A stretch of 64,000 nt of DNA from Vulcanimicrobiota bacterium (GCA_963777315.1 CAVZQC010000005.1:128001-192000), one strand, 5' to 3'. Positions 12,316 to 22,086 are shown, counted from the stretch's first letter. Notes: generated by a model from the sequence alone, not told the origin. Numbers and translations: made by a program.

Positions 12316-12350
12316 GCAAAAAGCCTCGGGTTTTGCCCGGGGCTTTCTGC
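12316..12350 (+). terminator. Probable intrinsic terminator hairpin
   Basis: GCAAAAAGCCTCGGG-TTTTG-CCCGGGGCTTTCTGC, 20 nt after the stop of 11745..12296. Confidence 0.6.
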
Positions 12351-12378
12351 GTTTAACCGCCTGCGTTACATCCTGGCA

Positions 12379-12414
12379 TTGTCGAAATGGAACCTTTATG
12401 GTAACATTTTGACA
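12379..12414 (+). promoter_or_regulatory. Sigma70-like promoter overlapped by a 15-bp imperfect inverted repeat (probable AbiEi operator)
   Basis: TTGTCG-N17-TAACAT; IR TGTCGAAATGGAACC / GGTAACATTTTGACA immediately before ATG 12416. Confidence 0.65.
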
Positions 12415-12415
12415 C

Positions 12416-12987
12416 ATGCCGCTAAGCCATCTCGACGCGCTCCTGGAGATAGCCTCCGAAAATGACGGCTTCGTTACTAACCGGGCGGCAGCCGATGCGC
12501 ATATCACCCGCCGAACGCTCGCCGGTATGGTTGCGCGCGGGCGGCTGGAGCGTGTCTCCCGCGGCGTTTATCGCTTCGTTCACTCAGTTCCCAACGTATT
12601 GTCCTCTTACCGCGAAGCCATCCTGTGGGCTCAGTCGCATCGAGGGCCGCGTGTGGCCCTTTCGCACGAAACTGCTCTTGCCGTCTTGGGTCTCACGGAT
12701 GCCAATCCGTCCAAAATCCAGCTCACGGTTCCCCCGCAGAGCTCGGCTGCGCCGTCGACGTCCGGCCCAAATTGCAATCCATCGCGCCAAGCTTAGAGAG
12801 CGCAGATATAATCGAACACGAGGGACTACCGGTTACATCCGTCCCGCGAACCGTTTTCGACCTTGCGCAGAGCGGCAATCTTCGTTTCGCCCGCGACGCA
12901 ATCGCCCAAGCACGGCGCGAGGGTTACATCACGGAAATCGAAAGTCGGCGGCTTACCAACCATTTGAAGAGACTGCATGGCGCGTGA
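12416..12987 (+). pseudogene. Type IV TA antitoxin AbiEi family, two frameshifts
   Basis: GRLERVSRGVYR and ALSHETAL in frame 1, RRARLRRRRPAQIAIHRAKL in frame 2, GLPVTSVPRTVFDL in frame 3; +1 insertions near 12733 and 12795. Confidence 0.82.
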
Positions 12988-13529
12988 GCGGCTCGACAAA
13001 GCCCTTCACCGTGTTGCGCGCGAGGCTGGCCTCGACGAGCTTCGGCTCCGCCGTTGGGTCTCATTCCTCGCGCTATGCGGCGTACTCCAACGAGCGATCG
13101 ACGCCGGCGTTATTGGAAGCTACCATCTGAAGGGCGGCGCAGCACTCGAACTTCGCTTCGCTGATAGGGCTCGCACGACGAAGGATATGGACGTCGGTCT
13201 ACCCGGTAGCCGGCGCGACCGATTTCTGACGGGCTTATCGGACCCGCGGCATTCAAACGATTCAGATCGATCTTGGCCCCGCGAGGGACATCGTAGACAT
13301 CCTATTTTTGCACATGCTTGGTCGGCTGGATCCGAAATCCGTCCAGACTGCTTGCATCCGAGTCTTTAAACAGCGATCGGAGCATGCATGGCCGCCACCC
13401 ATTGAAGTGCCCGCGGCGTGGAAGATCGATCTAGCATCCCTCGCGGTAGAACAAGGTCTGCCGTTTGCCACTAGTGACGAGATCATAGCGGCCTATACCG
13501 GCATCAGCGAAAGAATCGTCCGAGCATGA
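12977..13529 (+). pseudogene. AbiEii-family nucleotidyltransferase toxin, internally deleted/frameshifted
   Basis: N-terminal LKGGAALELRF...RTTKDMD; C-terminal RARDIVDIL...HAWPP in another frame; central part missing. Confidence 0.8.
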
Positions 13530-13627
13530 GCCGGTCGAAGCGGCGCCCTTCTAGGCCTGTTGGTCGCGGGCGCAGTATTATACTATAAGGCACCTTGCGG
13601 TGGCTCCATTGCCGGCGAGGTTGGCAT

Positions 13628-16396
13628 TTGGCCGTAGAAGACTATCTGGACCCTGAAGCTCGGGCGCGCGTGGAGATCGACCATCAATTGCGCGAGTGCG
13701 GGTGGGTTGTTCAGGATTACAAAAAGCTGAATCTCGGCGCTGGTCTTGGCGTCGCGGTTCGCGAGTTCAAGATGAGCGGTGGCTACGATGCCGCCGACTA
13801 TCTTCTGTTTGTCAATCGCAGGGCCGCCGGAGTGATTGAAGCCAAAAAAGCCGGCTCGACGCTCACCGGCGTCGAGTGGCAGTCCTCCAAATACACGAAG
13901 GGACTGCCCGACGGGATCTCAGCGCTCGAGAAGCCGCTGCCGTTTGCCTTTGAGTCCACCGGCGTCGAGACGCGCTTTACGAACGGCTTTGATGCGGACC
14001 CGGCGAGCCGCCAAGTGTTCACCTTTTATCGGCCCGCAACGCTCGCCGAGATCGGTTCCGAACGTACGACATTGCAAAGTCGTCTTCGCGATTTGCCGGA
14101 ACTCAACGAACAGGGCTTGTGGGCCGCCCAAGCCGAGGCGATTCGCAATTTGGAAGAGTCGCTTAAACACGGGCGCCCGCGCGCGCTCATCCAGATGGCA
14201 ACGGGCTCGGGCAAGACCTTCACCGCCGCCAACATCGCGTATCGGCTCATCAAATATGCGGGAGCGAGGCGCATACTGTTTCTGGTCGATCGCGCGGGTC
14301 TCGGGCGCCAAACGCTCAAGGAATTCCAGGCGTTCTCCACACCGGACGATGGACGTAAGTTCACCGAACTCTACAACGTTCAGCCGCTCCGCTACAACCG
14401 TATCGACGACGTTTCTCGGGTGGTCATCTCCACCATCCAGAGGCTCTATTCGATCCTTAAGGGCGAACCGGAACTGCCGGAAGAGCTCGACGAGGAATCG
14501 GCATACGACTTGCAACCTCCCAAGCCCGTCGAGGTCGCGTACAACCCGTCGGTGCCAATCGAAACGTTCGACGTCATTATCGTCGACGAATGTCATCGCT
14601 CCATTTACGGGTTATGGCGGCAGGTGCTGGAGTACTTCGACGCGTTCATAATCGGGCTGACCGCGACGCCTGGAAAGCAGACGCTCGGGTTTTTCAATCA
14701 AAATTTGGTAATGGAATACAATCACGAACGCGCCGTAGCCGACAATGTCAACGTTGACTTCGATGTCTTCCGCATCGCGACCGAAATCAGCGCCAAGGGA
14801 TCGAAAATTGATGCCGGACTCGTGACGACGTTTCGCGATCGACAGACGCGCGAAAAGCGTCTGGAACAATTGGATGACGATATCGTCTACGATGCGAGGG
14901 AACTGGACCGCAAGGTCGTCGCCAAGGATCAGATCCGGACCATCGTCCGGGCTTTTCGCGACAGTCTTCCGCAGTTATTTGAAGGCCGCACGCACGTACC
15001 CAAGACTCTGATCTTCGCAAAGGACGACAGCCACGCCGACGACATCGTACAAATCGTGCGTGACGAGTTCGGCAAAGGCAACGATTTCGCTGCCAAAATC
15101 ACTTACAAGTCGGGTTCACAAGGTCAAAAAGCCGAGCAGCTGCTCCAAGATTTTCGCAACACCTACAATCCGCGCATAGCGGTGACCGTCGACATGATTG
15201 CTACCGGAACGGACGTAAAGCCGATCGAGTGCGTATTCTTCATGCGCATGGTTCGCTCTCGCCAATTTTTCGAGCAGATGAAGGGTCGTGGCGTGCGGGT
15301 CATCAATCCGACGGACCTGCAAGGCGTAACGCCGGACGCCAAAGTGAAAGACCGGTTTGTGCTTGTGGACGCCGTCGGCGTGACCGAAGCCGACCTGCAC
15401 GACACGACGCCGATGGATCGCAAGCCGACCATTGGTCTCGATAGACTCCTGCACGCTCTGGCGCTGGGTTCGCGTGACCTTGATGTCGTTTCATCGGTGG
15501 CTTCGCGCATCGCGCGGCTCAACTTGCGCCTTTCGAAACAAGAACGCGAGGAGCTCGAAACGGTCGCCGGCGTGCCGCTGAAGGACTTGGCCGATACCAT
15601 CGTAGACGCGCTGGATCCGGATAAGCACTACGAGGCTGCGCAACGAGAAACTGGGATGGGCGAGCCGAACGCAGATGCGCTCGAACGTACTGCATCGCGG
15701 GTAATCGATGAAGCCGTAAGACCGCTCTCCGATAATGCGGCCTTTCGGGAAAAACTGGTCGAACTGCGCCGCAGCTACGATCAAGTGATCGACGAAACGT
15801 CGGCGGACAGGTTGCTTCAGGCAAAGTATTCGGTTGACGCCGCCGATCGTGCGCGTAAGACCGTCAAATCGTTCCGTGAATATATCGAAGAGCACAAGGA
15901 CGAGATCACCGCCTTGCAGATCCTCTACAGCCGTCCGTACAAACAGCGGCTGACGTGGAAGGAAGTGAAAGAACTCGGCAATGCCATTGGCCGCACGCCG
16001 CAGCACTGGACACCGGAGAATTTGTGGGCCGCGTACGAAGCGCTCGATAAATCGAAGGTCCGCGGCTCAGGCCCGCGTGTATTGGCAGACATCGTGCAAA
16101 TCGTGCGTTATGCGCTCAATCAGGTCGATGAGCTGGTGCCGTTCCCGGAGCGCGTGAACGAGCGTTTTGCCGGATGGATGCTTCAGCAAAAACAAGCTGG
16201 GCGCACGTTCACCCCGGAACAAACCCAGTGGTTAGAGCGCATCCGCGACCACATCGCCGCGAGCCTCGCCATCTCTGCCGGCGATTTTCAGTACACACCG
16301 TTCTCGGAACACGGCGGCCTCGGCAAGGCGTATGAAGTATTTGGCGATCAGCTAAACCCGCTGCTCGACGAACTAAACGAGGCTCTGGTCGCGTGA
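13628..16396 (+). CDS. hsdR: Type I restriction enzyme R subunit (EcoEI/EcoAI-like C-terminus)
   Basis: ADYLLF...VIEAKK nuclease motif, MATGSGKT, DECHRS, LTATP, QMKGRG; TTG start after GAGGT. Confidence 0.95.
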   Translation: MAVEDYLDPEARARVEIDHQLRECGWVVQDYKKLNLGAGLGVAVREFKMSGGYDAADYLLFVNRRAAGVIEAKKAGSTLTGVEWQSSKYTKGLPDGISALEKPLPFAFESTGVETRFTNGFDADPASRQVFTFYRPATLAEIGSERTTLQSRLRDLPELNEQGLWAAQAEAIRNLEESLKHGRPRALIQMATGSGKTFTAANIAYRLIKYAGARRILFLVDRAGLGRQTLKEFQAFSTPDDGRKFTELYNVQPLRYNRIDDVSRVVISTIQRLYSILKGEPELPEELDEESAYDLQPPKPVEVAYNPSVPIETFDVIIVDECHRSIYGLWRQVLEYFDAFIIGLTATPGKQTLGFFNQNLVMEYNHERAVADNVNVDFDVFRIATEISAKGSKIDAGLVTTFRDRQTREKRLEQLDDDIVYDARELDRKVVAKDQIRTIVRAFRDSLPQLFEGRTHVPKTLIFAKDDSHADDIVQIVRDEFGKGNDFAAKITYKSGSQGQKAEQLLQDFRNTYNPRIAVTVDMIATGTDVKPIECVFFMRMVRSRQFFEQMKGRGVRVINPTDLQGVTPDAKVKDRFVLVDAVGVTEADLHDTTPMDRKPTIGLDRLLHALALGSRDLDVVSSVASRIARLNLRLSKQEREELETVAGVPLKDLADTIVDALDPDKHYEAAQRETGMGEPNADALERTASRVIDEAVRPLSDNAAFREKLVELRRSYDQVIDETSADRLLQAKYSVDAADRARKTVKSFREYIEEHKDEITALQILYSRPYKQRLTWKEVKELGNAIGRTPQHWTPENLWAAYEALDKSKVRGSGPRVLADIVQIVRYALNQVDELVPFPERVNERFAGWMLQQKQAGRTFTPEQTQWLERIRDHIAASLAISAGDFQYTPFSEHGGLGKAYEVFGDQLNPLLDELNEALVA

Positions 16397-17604
16397 TGAC
16401 GGTCCCGAAAAGTTGGACTCGCGCAACGTTGGCCGATGTTGCCAAGTGGGGCAGCGGTGGCACTCCTACAGCCCAACGCGATGACTATTACGGCGGAAAC
16501 ATACCATGGGCTCTAAGCGGAGACCTGAAAGATGTGCCGTCCGTCGAACCATCTTTAACGATCACCGATGCCGGCCTCCGAAATTCCAGCGCTAAGTTGG
16601 TTGAACCCGGGACCGTCCTGATTGCAATGTATGGCGCGACGATTGGAAAACTTGGCATCGCTACTCACCCGCTGGCGACGAATCAGGCGGTTGCGTTCGC
16701 TCGACCGCTTCCCGGAGTGATCGAGCCGCGATTTCTCTTCTGGTACCTGCGTTCGCAGCGACAACTCCTTGTAGCAGCTGGTAAGGGTGCTGCACAGAAG
16801 AATATCAGCCAAACAACCTTAAAGGGGTGGCCAATTCCTCTGCCTCCCCTCGTCCAGCAGCGGCGGATCGTCGAAATCATCGAAAGACAATTCTCTCGCC
16901 TCGACGCCGCGGATGCATCTCTTAAGAGGGCAATGATTAACCTCGCTACCGTTCGCCGCTCCGCAGCGGCGAAGCTTTTGGACATCCATGAAAAGCCTCG
17001 CCCATTGAATGATCTAATCGCGGCGGGTCGTCCGATCTGTTATGGCATCCTGATGCCTAAAGAGGACGTCCCGAATGGCGTGCCATACGTGCGGGTAAAA
17101 GACTTCCCGGGCGGCGCGATTAACGTCCATAGTTTGCGCCGTACAACGCGGGACATAGCCGAGAAATACAAGCGCTCTGCCTTACGCCCTGGGGATGTAC
17201 TTGTCTCGATTCGCGGCACCTACGGGCGGGTGGCCATCGTGCCCCCCGAACTTGTGGGCGCAAACATAACCCAAGACACGGCGAGAATTTCACCCGGAGA
17301 GGGTATTTTACCGGCATTTTTGGCCGCTTATCTCGGAAGCGAGCCTGCCCAGCGTTTTTTGCGGGGCGCTGCACGCGGCGTCGCGGTTAAGGGCGTCAAC
17401 ATAGGAGACCTTCGCAGGCTGCCCGTTCCGGTTCCCTCGCTCCAAGAACAGCATCGACTTGTTGAGGTGTCGCAGCGCCACTCTTCAATCCATGGCGCGC
17501 TGTCGGTTCAGCTGTTGCTTGTTTTGCGGCGTTCGGCACAACTTCGCACAGTGATTATGCAGAAAGCCTTCGTCGGAGGACTTGCACAATCGTCTGGGTG
17601 TTGA
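16396..17604 (+). CDS. hsdS: Type I restriction specificity subunit S
   Basis: SGGTP TRD start, PIPLPPLVQQRRIV and PVPSLQEQHRLV conserved repeats, two TRDs. Confidence 0.93.
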   Translation: MTVPKSWTRATLADVAKWGSGGTPTAQRDDYYGGNIPWALSGDLKDVPSVEPSLTITDAGLRNSSAKLVEPGTVLIAMYGATIGKLGIATHPLATNQAVAFARPLPGVIEPRFLFWYLRSQRQLLVAAGKGAAQKNISQTTLKGWPIPLPPLVQQRRIVEIIERQFSRLDAADASLKRAMINLATVRRSAAAKLLDIHEKPRPLNDLIAAGRPICYGILMPKEDVPNGVPYVRVKDFPGGAINVHSLRRTTRDIAEKYKRSALRPGDVLVSIRGTYGRVAIVPPELVGANITQDTARISPGEGILPAFLAAYLGSEPAQRFLRGAARGVAVKGVNIGDLRRLPVPVPSLQEQHRLVEVSQRHSSIHGALSVQLLLVLRRSAQLRTVIMQKAFVGGLAQSSGC

Positions 17605-17725
17605 AATTCCGGGGTTGTGTTCTAAGCCTGGGCCGGGAGCTGCCGCTCCAGCTCCGGCGCTCCTGCGCTAATCGATGAAACGACCTCTTTTAGGAGGACT
17701 CCAATGTGAGGCGAAGACGCAACGA

Positions 17726-19204
17726 GTGAATGACACAAGTGGCCTCGTCACAAGGCTTTGGAACTACTGCAATGTTCTACGCGACGACGGCCTGTCATAC
17801 GGCGACTATATCGAGCAGTTGACATACATGCTCTTCCTGAAGATGGCCGACGAGCAGATGCGGCCGCCGTTCAACCGCCCCTCGGTCGTGCCCGACGGCC
17901 TCGACTGGCCATCGCTCCTCCGCCTCGACGGCGACGAACTTGAAGTCCAATACCGCCATATTCTAACCGAGCTCGGAAAGCATCCGGGGATGCTCGGCGT
18001 CATCTTTCGCAAGGCGCAGAACCGCGTCCAGGACCCAGCGAAGCTCAGGCGCCTAATCGTCGATCTCATCGATAAAGAGCACTGGATGACGCTCGACGCC
18101 GATGTAAAAGGTGACGCGTACGAAGGCCTGTTGCAGAAGAATGCCGAGGACACGAAGTCCGGTGCAGGCCAGTATTTTACGCCGCGTCCGTTGATTCGTG
18201 GAATCATCGACGTAATACGCCCCCAAGCGGGCATGACCATCTGCGATCCGGCGTGCGGTACGGGCGGCTTTTTTCTCGCAGCCTACGATCATATTGCTCG
18301 CAGTGGGCTGCTGGATCCCGATCAAAAGCGCCAGCTCCGATACGAGGCCTTACAGGGATGGGAGATCGTCGACAATACCGCGCGGCTCTGCGCAATGAAT
18401 CTGCTGCTCCACGGAATAACCGCGGCCGATGCTGAGAGCCCTATTCGCGTCGACGATGCGCTCAAAGCCGATCCCGGGCTGCGCTTCGATATGGTGCTGA
18501 CTAACCCGCCGTTCGGCAAAAAGTCATCGGTTACCATCGTTGGCGAGAACGGCGAATCCCGCCGCGACGACCTGACCGTCGTGCGCGATGACTTTTGGGC
18601 GACGACCTCCAACAAACAACTGAACTTCGTCCAGCACGTTAAGACGTTACTGAAAATCGAAGGGCGTGCGGCGATTGTCGTGCCCGACAACGTACTCTTC
18701 GAGGGTGGAGCGGGTGAGACGGTGCGCCGTCGTCTGCTTCACGAATGTGATGTGCATACGCTGCTGCGCTTGCCGACGGGCGTCTTCTATGCGCAGGGCG
18801 TCAAGGCGAACGTGCTATTCTTCGATCGCAAGCCTGCGTCGGAGACACCGTCAACGCGAGCGCTTTGGGTGTATGACCTGCGCACGAACATGCATTTTAC
18901 GCTGAAAGAAAAACCGTTGCGGCGCGAAGATCTCGACAATTTCGTTGCGTGTTACCGGGCAGACAACCGGGGGCAACGAGCAGAAACCGAGCGATTCCAT
19001 CGTTTCACTTACGATGAGATAATTGCGCGCGATAAGGTGAGCCTCGACCTGTTCTGGCTGCGCGATGAGTCGCTCGAAGACGCTGCCAACCTCCCCGAGC
19101 CGCACGTTCTGGCCGCGGAAATCGTCGAAGATCTTGAAGCCGCCCTAGCCGAATTTAGCGAGGTGGCAGCTTCACTTCGAACATTGGTACAGGAGCCGCC
19201 GTAG
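17726..19204 (+). CDS. hsdM: Type I DNA methyltransferase M subunit (N6-adenine)
   Basis: GAGQYFTPR, DPACGTGGF, TNPPF, VPDNVLFEGG. Confidence 0.96.
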   Translation: MNDTSGLVTRLWNYCNVLRDDGLSYGDYIEQLTYMLFLKMADEQMRPPFNRPSVVPDGLDWPSLLRLDGDELEVQYRHILTELGKHPGMLGVIFRKAQNRVQDPAKLRRLIVDLIDKEHWMTLDADVKGDAYEGLLQKNAEDTKSGAGQYFTPRPLIRGIIDVIRPQAGMTICDPACGTGGFFLAAYDHIARSGLLDPDQKRQLRYEALQGWEIVDNTARLCAMNLLLHGITAADAESPIRVDDALKADPGLRFDMVLTNPPFGKKSSVTIVGENGESRRDDLTVVRDDFWATTSNKQLNFVQHVKTLLKIEGRAAIVVPDNVLFEGGAGETVRRRLLHECDVHTLLRLPTGVFYAQGVKANVLFFDRKPASETPSTRALWVYDLRTNMHFTLKEKPLRREDLDNFVACYRADNRGQRAETERFHRFTYDEIIARDKVSLDLFWLRDESLEDAANLPEPHVLAAEIVEDLEAALAEFSEVAASLRTLVQEPP

Positions 19205-19405
19205 CAACATTGGTTCGGCGCGGTACACCAGAACAAGTTCGGGGTCGAGTTCATTGAGCCGCTTAAAAGAGCCGAAACGCCGCAGGGAAGGATGCAGAAG
19301 TGCCATGCTGCGCGTCCCTCATGAAAAGGTCGCACGCATTCGAAAGATATGGCCGCTCCATAGAGCATATTACAACATCGCAGATCCGCGGGGAAATAGG
19401 GAAAG

Positions 19406-19618
19406 GTGGAGTTGTTCATTATCGGTCTGATTCTGTACGTCGGTGGAAAGTGGCTGGTGAAAAAGACCGGCGCCGAGCGCCCCATGTTCATTTGCCGGAA
19501 CTGCACCCGAGTGAGCCGGGGGTTCGACCATTGCATTTTCTGCTGCGAGCACGGCCGGGACGTATCGGTGACGGGCGCATCCCAGCCCCCTTCGTCGAAG
19601 TGGTCTAGCCGAAGCTGA
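19406..19618 (+). CDS. Small hypothetical membrane-anchored Cys-rich protein
   Basis: N-terminal hydrophobic helix then CRNC...HCIFCCEH; purine-rich sequence upstream. Confidence 0.45.
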   Translation: MELFIIGLILYVGGKWLVKKTGAERPMFICRNCTRVSRGFDHCIFCCEHGRDVSVTGASQPPSSKWSSRS

Positions 19619-19622
19619 CCCT

Positions 19623-19811
19623 CTATCGATGCGGCCAGCCATGCTGGCGCTGCCACGTGATTACGTTTGCACGGCAGTCGTCGCAGGTAACCAATCCGCT
19701 GGGAGGTCGATTGCGAGCGCAGACGATACACTTGCCTTCGGCGCGCGCTCTTTCGCGTTGCTCGCGCTTCTTCATGGCCAAATACGTGCGGCGCTCTTTG
19801 GTTATGGGCAT
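19623..19811 (-). CDS. Small basic Zn-finger protein (CxxC-X11-CxxC)
   Basis: KKREQRERARAEGKCIVC...TCDDCR; starts 1 nt after the DUF2283 stop. Confidence 0.7.
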   Translation of the reverse strand: MPITKERRTYLAMKKREQRERARAEGKCIVCARNRPPSGLVTCDDCRANVITWQRQHGWPHR

Positions 19812-19812
19812 T

Positions 19813-20067
19813 CTAGCGTCGTCCGGCGATGAAGAGCGGGCTGAGATCGAGATCGTACCGCTGCACGATTTCCGACAGGGCTTTGAGCTGACCGGGACCG
19901 ACGCTCAGCATTTCAACGCCGACTACCTCGCCGTAGTGGTCCACGTCGACGTTGACTTCACCGCGATCGTGTGTTTCAGTGCGCGCGACGACGTGGTTAG
20001 AAAAACGCAAGTAGATGGGGCTGCGCTCGCGATCCCCCCGCTCAATTTCTTTTAGCGTTTTTATCAC
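19813..20067 (-). CDS. DUF2283-like protein (putative antitoxin)
   Basis: IYLRFS...VNVDVDHYGEVVGVEML; 4-nt overlap with the upstream gene. Confidence 0.78.
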   Translation of the reverse strand: MIKTLKEIERGDRERSPIYLRFSNHVVARTETHDRGEVNVDVDHYGEVVGVEMLSVGPGQLKALSEIVQRYDLDLSPLFIAGRR

Positions 20068-20294
20068 TTTTCCACCTCATCTGAAGTCACCGTCCACACG
20101 TAGTACATATCGGGCGCTTCTTGGTCGAACGTTGCGCGGATGCGTCGGCCTTGGATGACTTTGTACCGATTTCTACGGCCCCACTCGCCGGGAAGTTCCG
20201 TTTCGTAGTCTCGCAGGGTTTGCTCGACGTCGGCTTCACTGACATGGCGTTCCTCCATGCGCTTTCGGGCGTGTTGGTCGTATTCAACCTGCAT
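20064..20294 (-). CDS. DUF4258-like protein (putative RelE-fold toxin)
   Basis: YDQHARKRMEERHVSEADVEQTL...YYVWTV. Confidence 0.8.
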   Translation of the reverse strand: MQVEYDQHARKRMEERHVSEADVEQTLRDYETELPGEWGRRNRYKVIQGRRIRATFDQEAPDMYYVWTVTSDEVEK

Positions 20295-20300
20295 CCATTG

Positions 20301-20344
20301 TCCTTATGTCAACAATATATCCTCGCCATATCCTTATGTCAACA
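20301..20344 (-). promoter_or_regulatory. Sigma70 promoter with two 14-bp direct-repeat operator boxes
   Basis: Minus strand TTGACA-N17-TATATT; TCCTTATGTCAACA at both 20301-20314 and 20331-20344. Confidence 0.75.
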
Positions 20345-20532
20345 TACTGTCCGTGAGGATCCCAGTCGCACCGCCCTAGCGGTCTCCAGCCGAGTAGAAC
20401 TTCGAACGGCTTTTGACAACACCGGATCAGTCGGGGCGGCCTATTACCGGGCGAGGCCTGCGTCCTTTGCCCTAAAGGCCTACGGAGCGCGTTCAATCCA
20501 TATGCCATAGTGCGGCGTTTGGACCGGTGCGT

Positions 20533-22086
20533 ATGCGACTATTGCGCCGGCTTTGCACCGGTTTACTCGTGCTGATGTGTTGTGCTCCCGCGGCTGCCCA
20601 CCCGCTGGGCAACTTCACGATCAACCATCTGGCAAAAATCACTGCGGCGCCGCGAGCGCTGCACGTGCGCTACATTTTAGACATCGCCGAAATCCCCACG
20701 TTTCAGATCGTGCAGACGCGAGCGAACGGCAATTGGAGCCGGCAAACCCTGCAGGGTTGGGCCAACGACGAAATCGCGCTCGTGCAGGACGGTTTCCACG
20801 TTGCGGTCGACGGTCGATCCGCCGCGATGGTGCCGAGCACCGCGCACGCGCGTTTTCGTCCGGGCGCGGGCGGCCTGCCGATATTGCGCTGGGTGGGCGA
20901 ATTCGCGGTGCCGCTGCCGGCCGCCGCGTCGCATCGTGTCAGCATCGACGATCGCGTGTACGCCGATCGTCGCATCGGCTGGAAAGACGTCATCGCCGGT
21001 TCTCAAACCGAACCTACGGACGAGCTGCAGCATTATCCCAGCGCGCTCATCGGCACGCCCCGCCGCATCGGCGGTCTAGCGTTTCAGCTCAGTTCCTCGG
21101 GCGCATTTTCGAACATTCGCGCCGGAGCCGATGCTCAACCGATGACGGGATCGCTCACGTCCTGGATCGCGCCGTCCGCACTTTCAGACATGTTTTCGCG
21201 TCCCAATCAAACGCCGTGGTTCGTGATTCTCACCATACTGGCCGCGTTCGGTTTGGGCGCTCTGCACGCAATCGAACCCGGTCACGGCAAAGCGCTGCTC
21301 GCATTCACGCTCGTCGGCGCGCGCGCCACCTCCAAGCAGGCTTTGATTTTGGCAACGTCGCTCACGTTTGCGCATACTGCGGGCGTCCTACTGTTGGGCA
21401 TCGTGTTGTTTTTCGCAGCGGGTTTCGTATCGGAAACGATCTATCCGTGGATAACGCTGCTTTCGGGCCTTGCGATCGCCGTCATCGGCGCTCGCGCGCT
21501 GGCCAAGTACGTTCGCATGCGGCGCGGGCTGTCGCACGCGCACGTTCACCGGCATGAAGGAGCGCATCCGCACGCGCACGGCCACGAGCACGCGGGCGAT
21601 GCAGACGCCGCGCACGGTCACGGACATTCGCACGCTATCCCCGGGTCGCAACCGCTCGACTTTCGCAGCGCCGTGTGGGCCGCGATGAGCGGCGGCATCG
21701 CGCCGTGTCCGGCCGCCATCGTGGTGTTGCTGGCGGCGCTGCGTTTGCATCAGCTTGGCTACGGCGTATTTCTCATCGTGATCTTCAGCATGGGACTGGC
21801 AGCCGTTTTGAGCGGCCTGGGCATCGGGGTCGTGCACGGTGCCGACTGGCTCTCGCGCCGCTCGGCCTACGCGCGCTTTGTGCGTTACGGTCCGCTCATC
21901 ACCGCCGCCGTCATTTCGATAATCGGCTCCGTTACGCTCGCGCAAGGGTTCGTTCAGCAGGGAGCGCGTGTTCCCGTAGTGCTCGTCGCTGCGCTCGCGC
22001 TTGCCGCAATAGCGGGCTATGCGTTCTCGGGGCACACTCACCTGCACGGCCACGCGCACATGCCTGTCGAGGCGCAAACGACGTGA
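20533..22086 (+). CDS. RcnA/HoxN-like Ni/Co transporter with N-terminal exported domain and His-rich loop
   Basis: AHPLGNFTINH, LHAIEPGHGK, HTAGV, His-rich loop, GIAPCPAA. Confidence 0.88.
   Translation: MRLLRRLCTGLLVLMCCAPAAAHPLGNFTINHLAKITAAPRALHVRYILDIAEIPTFQIVQTRANGNWSRQTLQGWANDEIALVQDGFHVAVDGRSAAMVPSTAHARFRPGAGGLPILRWVGEFAVPLPAAASHRVSIDDRVYADRRIGWKDVIAGSQTEPTDELQHYPSALIGTPRRIGGLAFQLSSSGAFSNIRAGADAQPMTGSLTSWIAPSALSDMFSRPNQTPWFVILTILAAFGLGALHAIEPGHGKALLAFTLVGARATSKQALILATSLTFAHTAGVLLLGIVLFFAAGFVSETIYPWITLLSGLAIAVIGARALAKYVRMRRGLSHAHVHRHEGAHPHAHGHEHAGDADAAHGHGHSHAIPGSQPLDFRSAVWAAMSGGIAPCPAAIVVLLAALRLHQLGYGVFLIVIFSMGLAAVLSGLGIGVVHGADWLSRRSAYARFVRYGPLITAAVISIIGSVTLAQGFVQQGARVPVVLVAALALAAIAGYAFSGHTHLHGHAHMPVEAQTT

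Noticed and set aside
12351..20400. Prophage or intact integrative element
   Set aside because: No integrase, phage structural, relaxase or replication genes and no flanking direct repeats were found
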